A model generated the notes under the pieces. That model did not search any database and had not been told where the DNA came from. It saw only the letters and a list, made by a program, of their open reading frames with translations. Position numbers and translations under genes: made by a program. From the IMG/VR virus record IMGVR_UViG_3300043409_000928, positions 62,001 to 126,000 of that record: a stretch of DNA of 64,000 bases; one strand, written 5' to 3'. How positions within the stretch are numbered: the stretch's first letter is position 1; each line of letters opens with the position of its first letter. Below, piece after piece: positions 46,201 to 54,946 of the stretch.

Positions 46201-47137
46201 CACCAGTTGAACTGTTATAGGCTAAAATACTAGAGTTGCCAGTTGTTAAACTTACTGCGCCACGGGCTCTTACATTGGTAAAATATAAGTTTGTACCTTC
46301 AGCAATGTCTGTAGTTGACAATACCACTGCATTAGTTTGTCCGTTAACTGACCAAACTGCGGCTTGTGTACTGATAATACCTGTTGCTGAATCATAAGCA
46401 ATATTGGAACCATTGCTTACACTTGCACGAGCACGGGCTGTTGTAAAGTACTGGTTAGTTGAACCTTCTGCTACTTTATCTGTGTCTTGCTTGGCAAAAG
46501 TAATGACACCAGTACCGCTACTGTATGTTAAAATACTAGCATCATCTGATGTTACGCTTACTGCGCCACGGGCTCTTGCATTACTAAAATATATATTAGT
46601 AGTGCCTTCTAATATGCCATCGCTGTTAGGATGTGAGTATGTAAACACACCAGTACCGCTGTTATATGCCAATACTGTGTTGTTGTCAGTTGTTAAAGTT
46701 ACTGCACTGCGGGCTCTTGTATTGGTAAAATATAGGTTATTTGAACCTTCTGCAACATCATCTGTACTATTGATGTCCTGTGCGTTGATTTCATTATCAA
46801 CATATTGCTTTGTTACGGCATGCATTGCACTTGATGGATCAGCATGTAGTGACAAAAAGCCAGACATTGAATCGCCAGCTTTGGCAACCTTGGCAGCTAA
46901 TGCATTGGTGATCGTAGTTGAAAAATCACCATCATTGGCCAGCGAAGTTGCTAGTTCAGATAGTGTGTCTAAAATACCAGGAGCACCATTAACTAAATTG
47001 GTGATACCTGTGGTAACGAACGCTGTGGAAGCAATTTGCGTTGTGTTTGCACCGGCCGATGCCGTTGGTGTTGTTGGTGAGCCGCTTAACGCAATTGACG
47101 TTTGAAGCGAGCTCGATTTTGCTCTAATTAAAGGCAT
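43283..47137 (-). CDS. Long repeat-containing virion fibre/structural protein, 1284 aa
   Basis: 14 copies of TDxxxEGxxNLYFTxxRAR counted by eye. Confidence 0.8.
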   Translation of the reverse strand: MPLIRAKSSSLQTSIALSGSPTTPTASAGANTTQIASTAFVTTGITNLVNGAPGILDTLSELATSLANDGDFSTTITNALAAKVAKAGDSMSGFLSLHADPSSAMHAVTKQYVDNEINAQDINSTDDVAEGSNNLYFTNTRARSAVTLTTDNNTVLAYNSGTGVFTYSHPNSDGILEGTTNIYFSNARARGAVSVTSDDASILTYSSGTGVITFAKQDTDKVAEGSTNQYFTTARARASVSNGSNIAYDSATGIISTQAAVWSVNGQTNAVVLSTTDIAEGTNLYFTNVRARGAVSLTTGNSSILAYNSSTGVFTFVMPSTTDIAEGTNLYYTDARARASISATGWANLSYTSGTGVIDIIAPDTTDVIEDPAATASSGTMYFTNARAQAALSAVDVGGDGSFAYNSATGVMTYTGPSATEVRAHVSAATSGTGWGDLTYAAGVFTYAKVTDANIRQALSAATSGTGFGGLTYDSATGVVTFAKVTAADVRGNLSATTASGATYDSATGVIALASIPNASLTNSSVTVNGAVIALGGSATLNADDIAEAVGGTNKYLTDARWDTRLATKSTTNLAEGSNLYYTTARFDTQLATKSTTNLTEGANLYYTTARTRADVSGGTGVTYTAGTGVFEIGQAVGTTSDVTFGDVTVSGDLTVQGTLTSIQSTIVEINDLNITVAKGAANAAAANGAGLTVDGASATLTYASGTDSWNFNKTVAITGGLSVTTTLTAPTFTGNLTGNVTGNVTGNVTGDLTGNATTTTTLATARNIQGVSFNGSADITVVTAGTGVTVTGTSVAIGQAVGTGSSVTFAGVTAPLTGNVTGQVSDISNHDTSDLTEDPAATVTSGTMYFTNTRARGALSGVDAGGDGSFAYDSATGAFTYTGPSATEARAHFSAATSGTGWGDLTYAAGVFTYAKVTDANIRQALSATTASGATYDSATGVIALASIPNASLTNSGVTVNGHAIALGASYSLVTDDVAEGASPVNQYFTNTRARGAVSLTTSKNSVLSYDSATGVFVFNLANSTTDDVVEGATNQYFTTTRARNSISNGSNIVYDASTGVISTLAAVHSVNSQTGVVVLTSDDISDVGRTNKWFTNAQARSAITLTSDDANILAYNSATGVFTFVTPTTDAIDEGAVNLYYTNNRADARIAAASVGALSDVDLTSGLQDGYTLVWSSALSNFVPQNIAVTATTLNFTGNGSTTSFSTGVEVSSIDNTQVFINGLIQAPTYSYTLVTASSVSSIVMTEAPADGDYIFVRVSSTSSLTAGGVLNESSSIDGGVY

Positions 47138-47225
47138 TTTTTGTATCCTCGTTGGTTAGATTTCTAGTGAAATCTAAATTCTAAAATTAGCATTTTTAAG
47201 TGTGGTGCCGCCACCATGAGAATAA

Positions 47226-48392
47226 TTATAATACTAGTAACCAGAAATTTTTCGTTATATCAACGCTTCCGTTACTAGCTGTTACTTTTAACTCATATCG
47301 ACTAGGGCTACTGTTCTGAGGCGCAGTTCCTACGATGTGAGTCCCACTAATTGATAACCAATTAAGTGATGTTCCTCCTGCATTGGCAGGTTCAATTATA
47401 ATACTTACAGCGTTATTTACACTCAAAGTAAAATTAATGGTGTCTCCAGCACTAAAAGCCCCTATATAGGAAACTGATTTTGTCCAATAGGGTTTAGAGC
47501 TGGCATAGTTAATAAGTTTTGGAAATACAAATTCATTTCCAGTGGTATCTATCAGAGTTAAATCTTGTTCTGAGTTCCACATTGACAAGGTCATCAATGC
47601 TGTCTCTATCATTAATTGCATTATGTTTGCAGATGGATAGTCAATCCTTGTGATATTTAAGTTTCCAATACGAGCACCGGTTCCAAAAGCAATATCAGTT
47701 GCTGTTATACTAATTGTAGTATATCCTGATAATGTACCATACGATACTCCAGTCACTGTTGGTCTTGGACGATCACTGGTAACTGTGCTTTTTAAAATCT
47801 TAATTTGTATTCTATCGCCTGTAGTTGGTGCTTCGTCAAACACCACAATGTGACTGTCTATTAAGTTGTAACTGTAAAATGGATCTTGTTGTATACCATT
47901 GATAGTAACCACCAACAGGTGTACAGAACTGGATGTGACTTCAATATCAAATGATAATGTGCTATCATCACCAACAAAGTTTTTTGTTGTGGCGATAAAA
48001 GTTTGCGTTTGATTTCTAAATTGTCCAGCATCAATATCAAATGATAATACTTGACCGCTGGTTGGTGTAGAAATAATTACATCAGTTAATGCATTTAGAT
48101 CTAGGTTATCAATTTTAAGACTTAACGCAGATCCAGGGCCTGTGGCACTAATTATATCTGTTGCAATTTTATTATCAACGTAAACTTCATCTGTAATTGT
48201 TTGCCAATTACTTCCATCAAAATATTCTGGCTTTGTTACAATTTGATCAAATCTGATATGGCCACCAACTGCACCCAATGGGCGAGCAGTTTGAGCGCCG
48301 GATGGTAATGCCAATGCACCAGTTGCATCAATTGTTAACACACCAGAGTCTGGTGTAATTGATTCTTGTGCGTGATTGGTACTTATTGACAT
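47226..48392 (-). CDS. Virion structural protein, 388 aa
   Basis: FVGDDSTLSF...NGIQQDP...FDEAPTTGD module also present at the end of the 1284-aa protein. Ig-like C-terminus. Confidence 0.6.
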   Translation of the reverse strand: MSISTNHAQESITPDSGVLTIDATGALALPSGAQTARPLGAVGGHIRFDQIVTKPEYFDGSNWQTITDEVYVDNKIATDIISATGPGSALSLKIDNLDLNALTDVIISTPTSGQVLSFDIDAGQFRNQTQTFIATTKNFVGDDSTLSFDIEVTSSSVHLLVVTINGIQQDPFYSYNLIDSHIVVFDEAPTTGDRIQIKILKSTVTSDRPRPTVTGVSYGTLSGYTTISITATDIAFGTGARIGNLNITRIDYPSANIMQLMIETALMTLSMWNSEQDLTLIDTTGNEFVFPKLINYASSKPYWTKSVSYIGAFSAGDTINFTLSVNNAVSIIIEPANAGGTSLNWLSISGTHIVGTAPQNSSPSRYELKVTASNGSVDITKNFWLLVL

Positions 48393-48838
48393 TAGCTTTT
48401 ACCTGCAATCTTTTCTTGACTACGACCGTATGCGGCCAGTCCCAACACAGCACCCATGGCAATGTGATACAGGCCTGCACCTTGCAGGGTTAGAGGACTC
48501 CATTGGCTAGTTACTTGGCCGCCTTGTACTGCTTGAAGTACACTCCATAAAATTGGGAATATAACAAAGTCTGTGGCACAGGTGACCATATAGATAAATG
48601 CCATCATTGGGCGCCATTTTGAGTTAATGAAGTTGCCAAACTTATCATCTGTTGCCAAAGTGTTTGTAGCACCCATTACTGCTACTTGTGCGGCCGCATC
48701 TGCTACTGCTTTTGTTTTTGCGGCTTCATCTGCACTGGACCAACCACCCTGAGCCACTCTTTGATCTACATTCAGTTGAACTTGAGGACTTAATGCATTA
48801 AATGCACCACTGTCGTCATAATTTTCTAATTTTGGCAT
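48392..48838 (-). CDS. Holin-like membrane protein (GTA 3TM holin-like)
   Basis: WRPMMAFIY, hydrophobic helices, YGRSQEKIAG. Confidence 0.7.
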   Translation of the reverse strand: MPKLENYDDSGAFNALSPQVQLNVDQRVAQGGWSSADEAAKTKAVADAAAQVAVMGATNTLATDDKFGNFINSKWRPMMAFIYMVTCATDFVIFPILWSVLQAVQGGQVTSQWSPLTLQGAGLYHIAMGAVLGLAAYGRSQEKIAGKS

Positions 48839-48870
48839 AATAGCTCTCCTATGAACTATTTACCAGAGGA

Positions 48871-49101
48871 TCATTTTTTTGGTTTAAAAAAGTTGTATGC
48901 CGACTGTGAAATTTCTGATATAAAGTCATTACTTGGTGCAACTTTACCCCATTTTCCTACAGGACAAGATTCATTTGCCAGTGTTACTTTTAAATTAACT
49001 AAACAACCACACTGTCTGCATTGTTTTGCAGGACGATAGTACCATTCACACTTTTGGCATTGCCCTGCTCGTTCTAATCTTATTTGCATTGATGTAAACA
49101 T
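48871..49101 (-). CDS. Small Cys-rich metal-binding protein
   Basis: CQKC...CRQCGC...CPVGKW. TAAGTA at 49108-49113. Confidence 0.7.
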   Translation of the reverse strand: MFTSMQIRLERAGQCQKCEWYYRPAKQCRQCGCLVNLKVTLANESCPVGKWGKVAPSNDFISEISQSAYNFFKPKK

Positions 49102-49119
49102 ATAATTTACTTACTCATA

Positions 49120-49145
49120 AGAAAAGGCTCCAAAGAGCCTTTTCT
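49120..49145 (-). terminator. Terminator of the head operon
   Basis: AGAAAAGGCTC-4 nt-GAGCCTTTTCT. Confidence 0.88.
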
Positions 49146-49178
49146 GTCTAACACTTAAACTTAACTAATCTTGTAAGA

Positions 49179-50378
49179 TTAGATGAAGCTTAGGCTTGTG
49201 CTATCAATAGCGATAGTGTTTACATAATCAGCCGCATTACCTAAAGAGGAACCTGCATTTGACAATTCAACATATCCATAACGAGTCATGAAGCTTACTG
49301 TTGGCTCGAATGTTGCTGGATCTAAAATAACACCAGAACTCATCAATGGAATGTATGGGCAATAAAATGCTGGAGCATCCATCTCGTTTGCGCCTTTGTA
49401 ACCAACTAGCACTGGACTTGCATCGCCTGCATAGTGGTTTACATAAACACGAACTGAGCTGTTTAATGTACCAACAAACTTAGTATTTGTTGGGGCTTCA
49501 AATGTACCTTCTGTTGTACGAGCAAATGCGCTGGTAGTGGCAGATTGTAGAATTGTTAAAGCTGTTGGGCTAACAACGATGTAGTTACCAGCACCACGAC
49601 GTGTGCGGGCGGCAATATCGTTAGCGGCACGGTTTACTAATACTGCAAGTGCGGCGTGTTGATCACCAACAAAGTTGGCTTGACCTGATACTGCTGACTG
49701 ATCGTATGTACCAAAAGCAGAACCTGCCAAGTTGATCAATGAACCGATAACTTCTTGGTCGATTTCAGCAGTAATTTCTTGTGCTAGAGCGGCCATGATT
49801 TCAGCTTCAACATCAACACCGTGGATGGCTTGAGCGTCTTGAGCCGCTTCAAATGTCCAACGAGCTGACAACTTGCGTGATTTAGCTTCAACAGTCTCTT
49901 TCAAGATCTGGATGTTCATCTTTCTGCCGCCGGCACCTTCTAAGGTACCTGTGGCTTCAGCTTTACCAGCTGTGCTACCAGAATACTGAGTAGCGATGCT
50001 GAATGGGCTTAGTGCTTCATCGCTGGCTGTAACAGCTTTACCGATGTTGCCGTCTGCGGCTGAACTTGCACTTACTGATTCTGCATAACGCACACGCAAT
50101 GTGTGGATCTGAGAAACTGGGCCTTGCATTGGTTGTACACCAACTAATTCGTTAGCAATGGTTGTTGGCATTACACGACGAATAACTGGCAAAATAACCT
50201 TGTTTAGTACGCTGATGTTACCAGAAGCTGTACCACCGGCAGTGGCTGTTTCTGTCAAATACTTCTTAGTATTTTCTAAGCATACTTCCATTGTAGTCTT
50301 ACGCTGACCACTTAGACCTTCTAAAAGGGCTGATTTAGTAGCTGACCAATTTTTAGCTTCAAATAGAGCTTGTGACAT
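49179..50378 (-). CDS. gp23: Major capsid protein, gp23-like
   Basis: LPVIRRVMP, GVQPMQGP, KSRKLSARWTFE, EITAEIDQE, FYCPYIPL, FMTRYG. Confidence 0.96.
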   Translation of the reverse strand: MSQALFEAKNWSATKSALLEGLSGQRKTTMEVCLENTKKYLTETATAGGTASGNISVLNKVILPVIRRVMPTTIANELVGVQPMQGPVSQIHTLRVRYAESVSASSAADGNIGKAVTASDEALSPFSIATQYSGSTAGKAEATGTLEGAGGRKMNIQILKETVEAKSRKLSARWTFEAAQDAQAIHGVDVEAEIMAALAQEITAEIDQEVIGSLINLAGSAFGTYDQSAVSGQANFVGDQHAALAVLVNRAANDIAARTRRGAGNYIVVSPTALTILQSATTSAFARTTEGTFEAPTNTKFVGTLNSSVRVYVNHYAGDASPVLVGYKGANEMDAPAFYCPYIPLMSSGVILDPATFEPTVSFMTRYGYVELSNAGSSLGNAADYVNTIAIDSTSLSFI

Positions 50379-50395
50379 TTTGTATGTCTCCTTAA

Positions 50396-51508
50396 TTAAT
50401 TCTTAATACCAGCGAGTTTACGAAGTTGTTGAATTGTTTCATCAGCTTCGGCTGGGATGGCAACGATCTCTACTAGAGATTTGTTACCGGTAATCACAGT
50501 CTTCTGCGATTGGTGTCCTTCAATAAGTTGTTTCTTCTCTCGACGAACTTCCTCATTTAAGACAGACGGCAAGTATTTCTGGAAATGGTCTTTTAGTTTA
50601 GTAGTATCAGTACCTTCTAATAACTCTTCCATTACACCACGTTTGTCTTTTGACAATGGTGAGCATAATTCTTGCATAACGCGAACTCGCTGTGCTTGAT
50701 CTTCCGCAATGCGCTGATGACGAAGCGACTCGCTAATTTGTACTTCTTTTTGTGTTAGTTTTGTATTAGCCTCGGCCAATTGGCCTTGAATTTCGATAAT
50801 TGATTTGTTAAGTTGGCTAACGGCAGTGCCGTCTGCAAACTTAGATGCCATAAATTCTGCGGCAAACGCTTCCATGATCTTGCGACCAAAGTTGTTTTCT
50901 TTTGCTTCACGAATATCTGTTTTTAACTGTGTCATTTCTTTTCTAAATGATTCAGCAACCAAGGTATTAACTTTTTCGCTTGCTTTCTTAACAAAAGCTA
51001 CCTTAGTTTCATTAATTGCTTTACGACCTTCTGCAACTAGTTTAACACGAGCTTCTACTAGTTTCTTGTGATCTTCATGTAATTCACTTAGTTCACCTGT
51101 TAGTTTGCGTAATGCAAATTCTTCAAGTTGACCAATTGCTACTTTAGAAGCTGTACGATCTGAACGAAGTTCGCTGATTTCTTTTGTTAAAGTTCCAACA
51201 ACTAGCTTTTGTAACAAAGCTGTATCTTCTTTGATCTTGGCGGCATACTTTGTGCGCTGTCCAACTGCTTCTTCACGCAATGTTTTTAATTCTGTTGCAC
51301 CGGCACTGATAGTGTCTTGCATTAACTTATCCATTGCTTCAATAAGTTGACCTTTATCGTGATCGTAGCGTGTAGCAAATTCTTCACGCAGTTCTGCCGT
51401 GATGTTTTCACGGCTTTCGGCTAAATGTTTATCCCAAGCGGTGTTGATATTATCGCGCACCTCTTCGGACAAAACTACTGAACCGAGCATTTCTGTAAAT
51501 TGACTCAT
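50396..51508 (-). CDS. gp22: Prohead scaffolding protein, gp22-like
   Basis: Coiled-coil protein between protease and MCP. Confidence 0.85.
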   Translation of the reverse strand: MSQFTEMLGSVVLSEEVRDNINTAWDKHLAESRENITAELREEFATRYDHDKGQLIEAMDKLMQDTISAGATELKTLREEAVGQRTKYAAKIKEDTALLQKLVVGTLTKEISELRSDRTASKVAIGQLEEFALRKLTGELSELHEDHKKLVEARVKLVAEGRKAINETKVAFVKKASEKVNTLVAESFRKEMTQLKTDIREAKENNFGRKIMEAFAAEFMASKFADGTAVSQLNKSIIEIQGQLAEANTKLTQKEVQISESLRHQRIAEDQAQRVRVMQELCSPLSKDKRGVMEELLEGTDTTKLKDHFQKYLPSVLNEEVRREKKQLIEGHQSQKTVITGNKSLVEIVAIPAEADETIQQLRKLAGIKN

Positions 51509-51521
51509 TATAGTAATCTCC

Positions 51522-52163
51522 TCAGACTTTTCTTAAACTTGAAATGAATTTTGATACTTCATTTTCAAGATGTTTTTGTGCGGACCGATCGTGGTTCACC
51601 GCGTAGGCCACATCCATTAGAGCGGCACGTCTACGACTGCCCATTACTCTTTCATAAATTGCGGTAGGGTAGGCTTCTGGAGCACTGGGTTGTGCTACAA
51701 CGTCAACTGTTACGATTTCAAACTCGGAAACATTACCAGATTCCTGGACATTTCCTGAACCGCGACTGCTGACACCTAACTTAACACCACTTTCAAGTAA
51801 TGTTTTGATAATGTTACCCATCGGAGTTGGAATAAGTTTTAATTTACCATATCCATTGGGGCCATCCATCCACATCTCAGTGACCATATGACTTACTCGG
51901 TCAATGTTCACTTGTAGATCGTCTGGATGATCTGCTTCTCCTAATACGGACAAGCCACTATCTAGTCGTTTTCGAATGCTCTCTACAGCATTGGCAATTT
52001 CGTTAACAGGGTAAATGCGCGAATTATGATTGCGTACTCCGCCTTGTATAAAAACGCCTTTCATGTAGAGATCCTTACCGCCACTGGCCGAGTCTTTAGA
52101 TTCGACAACCATAGCTGCCTGATCAAAAGTTAAGTGTTCGCGTAGTGGCTGTAGGTTCTGCAT
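51522..52163 (-). CDS. gp21: Prohead protease, gp21-like
   Basis: LGEADHP, GVSSRGSG, DVVAQPSAP. Confidence 0.93.
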   Translation of the reverse strand: MQNLQPLREHLTFDQAAMVVESKDSASGGKDLYMKGVFIQGGVRNHNSRIYPVNEIANAVESIRKRLDSGLSVLGEADHPDDLQVNIDRVSHMVTEMWMDGPNGYGKLKLIPTPMGNIIKTLLESGVKLGVSSRGSGNVQESGNVSEFEIVTVDVVAQPSAPEAYPTAIYERVMGSRRRAALMDVAYAVNHDRSAQKHLENEVSKFISSLRKV

Positions 52164-52166
52164 GGT

Positions 52167-52847
52167 TTAACCTTTTGTTGAAACTTTGCTAAGAGCTGGC
52201 TTAGTAGTGCCGCCCATGTCTTGTGCTTTTGGTGCTTTAGCTGGTGATGTACCACTAGCTGTACCTTCTGCTGATCCACCTGCAAAGTTTGTTGCTGGAC
52301 GGGCCATCATCGGGTTGCGTTTAGCAACTGGACTTTGTTTTTCATCGGCTTTGTCGCCGTTGTCTGGGGAAGAAACTTTGGTTAATTCTGCAGATTCTTC
52401 AATGCTTTCTGGCATATCTTCAGGAGCAACTTCTGTATCATCTACAGGAGCTTCTTCTTCGCCGCCAACCATTTGTTCAAATTCTGCTTTTAATTTTGCT
52501 AATGCGGATTCAACATCCATCATTGCATCTGCAACATCGCCTGCATCTGCATCAACTGGCGCTTCTGCACCCATATCAGCACCTAAATCGGCTGTTGCGG
52601 CTTCGTCATCGCCCATTTCTGGTGCAACTTCTTCGTCGCCTTCTTCAGTTAAATCTGCATCTACTTCATCAGATAAATCAGAAATAGCGTTTAAATCTTC
52701 GTCTTCGAAGTTGATGTCATCTGCCATAATATCTTCATAGACTTGACGGCCGATTCCAACATAGTAATCATGTAACAATGCAGAGGCTTTATCCTCTTCT
52801 TTATTTAGAAGGTGATCCAATGCTTGTTCGAGAACTGTTTTGCTCAT
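52167..52847 (-). CDS. Acidic prohead core protein, gp67/gp68 position
   Basis: Highly acidic, between portal and protease. TAAGTA at 52908-52913. Confidence 0.6.
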   Translation of the reverse strand: MSKTVLEQALDHLLNKEEDKASALLHDYYVGIGRQVYEDIMADDINFEDEDLNAISDLSDEVDADLTEEGDEEVAPEMGDDEAATADLGADMGAEAPVDADAGDVADAMMDVESALAKLKAEFEQMVGGEEEAPVDDTEVAPEDMPESIEESAELTKVSSPDNGDKADEKQSPVAKRNPMMARPATNFAGGSAEGTASGTSPAKAPKAQDMGGTTKPALSKVSTKG

Positions 52848-53019
52848 TTATATGTCTCCTTGCGCTAAGGGGTACACACCACATTAAGAGTGTGCTTTAC
52901 CAATAACTACTTACAGAAGGCACACTTAAATGATGCTGAAATGGCAGTAAAAACGGAGTTTTTGACAGTTATGTTACGATGATAAATGTAAAAATCCGCC
53001 TTATTATTGGCGGATCTTA

Positions 53020-53226
53020 TTAAGTTGCTGGGGGTCTTGCGTACATTGTTTTAACAAACTTCAGTCTTTGTTTGTTTTCATAATCTCTTAGATCTCTAAT
53101 TTTTCTTAGTTGATTTATATGTTCCAGTGTTAGACGCTTCCTACGCAGGTCTCCAAAGAAAGCAACTTCGGGGTCAATTTCTTTTTCAATTTCTTCTTCA
53201 GCGTTGATAATATCATTGAATCTCAT
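53020..53226 (-). CDS. Hypothetical late protein, 68 aa
   Basis: Start reassigned to MRFNDII, 5 nt after TAAGTA. Confidence 0.7.
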   Translation of the reverse strand: MRFNDIINAEEEIEKEIDPEVAFFGDLRRKRLTLEHINQLRKIRDLRDYENKQRLKFVKTMYARPPAT

Positions 53227-53251
53227 AGCTCTACTTATCCAATTTAGGCTA

Positions 53252-54925
53252 TTAAGCTGGAGGAGATGCAGCCGGTGTTGGGCTTGCAGAAGCGCCAGTA
53301 TCAGCTGTATCTGTGGCAACATCAGGAGCGGCACCTAGATCACCTATGCCACCTGACAGGTCTAAGTCACCTTCTGAAGGACCTTTTAATCCAGTTGCAC
53401 CAAAGTCTGCACCTTCTTCATTTGGTTGACTTTCCCCGGCATTTTCTTCTCTCCAGGCTTTTTCGTTTTCTAAGATTTCATCATCTGTCAGTCCTAAGAA
53501 TTTCTGTAGTTTGAAGCGATGTGCTAGATACGGAATTTCTGCTAGCTGTGTGAATACTGCGGCACGGGCATTGTTAATTTCAATTTCTCTGTAGCCACTG
53601 AAGTTTTGCGGCTCAAGCATGTCAATATCAAAACTCGAGCTATCAATATTAACACCACGCTGTTTTAAGAATATTTTAAATTCTTTATCTAAATACGGAG
53701 CAACTAAACCTTGTAATCGTCTGCAATATCGATTGAATCGAAATTCCTGAATTAATGCTGTACCCATACGTCCGTCTGTAAACTGTACAGCAGTATCATC
53801 TGGGCCAGTTGGCAAATAACTACTTGGAATACGCAGACCACGCAGTAACTTATTAGTAAAAAACTTCAAGTCGTCAATTTCACCCAGCCCTTGCCCACCG
53901 GGCAATACTTCAACTTTTGATCCACGACCATCGGCTGTTTGTGCAAAGAAGAAATCTTCCATGATACTCAATGGATTATAACTAGCATCCATTTGTGTAC
54001 TACCACCAGAACGAGTTGGAATACGGCGTTGATGTATTTCGTTTTTAACACGCTCAACGAAAGCCATGGCCTGGTGACTTGGTAAATTGCCTGTATCAAT
54101 ATAGAATACTCTGCGTTCTGGAGCTCGCTGTACACGATAGATGATAATAGCATCTTCAAGTAATTCTTTTTGCTTGTAAATTTTAAATACACTATCTAAA
54201 ATACTTGCACCAAACGGCCAGCTAGCATCTAACCCTTCATTTAATGTGATATGTATAACATGCTCACCATCAACAGCAATTTCACCACCCTGTGCTCCAG
54301 GTTTACCGTAATTACTGCCTTGACTATATACCCCTGGCGTGTTAGGTGCCGCGGCACCTGTTAATGTCTGTACATTATCAATAGGTTGTGTTGCAACTTT
54401 ATTTGCAAAGTTAGGGTGTACATTGGCAATAACATATTGTTCAACTGCGCGACCTTCGGCTTCATTGATAACTGCTCGTTTCACATCTGCTGAGTTAACC
54501 CAGTACAGTTCAAATGTTTCTGGATCACGCAAGAAGAAATGATCACCATACTTGATTGCATTTCTAAATGTACGGAATATACGCTGATCCATTTTATTAA
54601 TGGCACACCACTTTTTCAATGATGCAGTAACAATCTTACTTTCACTTTCTGTTGGTTCTTCTTTCCACATCACACGGAATGGTAAATTTGTATCTGGTTC
54701 TGATTGTGTGCAAAATTCAGCAATGGTGTCCAGTGCGGCATTGATCTCGCTGTCTTGGTCCATTTGATCGTATTGAACATATCGTTCAACTCTGTTTGGT
54801 TGTCCAGTGTATACATCTTGTAACCAAGATGCAAATTTTGCAGAAGATCCTTGAACAGCTTGACGGCCATTACTTTTTAGTTCACCTTCTGGTTCCCAAA
54901 TTTTAAAATGTTTTCTCCAACTCAT
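53252..54925 (-). CDS. gp20: Portal protein, gp20-like
   Basis: EDAIIIYRVQRAPERRVFYIDTG, EDFFFAQ, LPGGQ, LRIPSS. ATG lies 5 nt after TAAGTA. Confidence 0.95.
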   Translation of the reverse strand: MSWRKHFKIWEPEGELKSNGRQAVQGSSAKFASWLQDVYTGQPNRVERYVQYDQMDQDSEINAALDTIAEFCTQSEPDTNLPFRVMWKEEPTESESKIVTASLKKWCAINKMDQRIFRTFRNAIKYGDHFFLRDPETFELYWVNSADVKRAVINEAEGRAVEQYVIANVHPNFANKVATQPIDNVQTLTGAAAPNTPGVYSQGSNYGKPGAQGGEIAVDGEHVIHITLNEGLDASWPFGASILDSVFKIYKQKELLEDAIIIYRVQRAPERRVFYIDTGNLPSHQAMAFVERVKNEIHQRRIPTRSGGSTQMDASYNPLSIMEDFFFAQTADGRGSKVEVLPGGQGLGEIDDLKFFTNKLLRGLRIPSSYLPTGPDDTAVQFTDGRMGTALIQEFRFNRYCRRLQGLVAPYLDKEFKIFLKQRGVNIDSSSFDIDMLEPQNFSGYREIEINNARAAVFTQLAEIPYLAHRFKLQKFLGLTDDEILENEKAWREENAGESQPNEEGADFGATGLKGPSEGDLDLSGGIGDLGAAPDVATDTADTGASASPTPAASPPA

Positions 54926-54946
54926 AGCGTTACTTACCTTATTTTT

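Noticed and set aside
39536-47137. Diversity-generating retroelement, suggested by the Mtd-N-like start and duplicated blocks
   Set aside because: No reverse transcriptase is present. The duplicated blocks are identical rather than differing at adenines, and they are not C-terminal.
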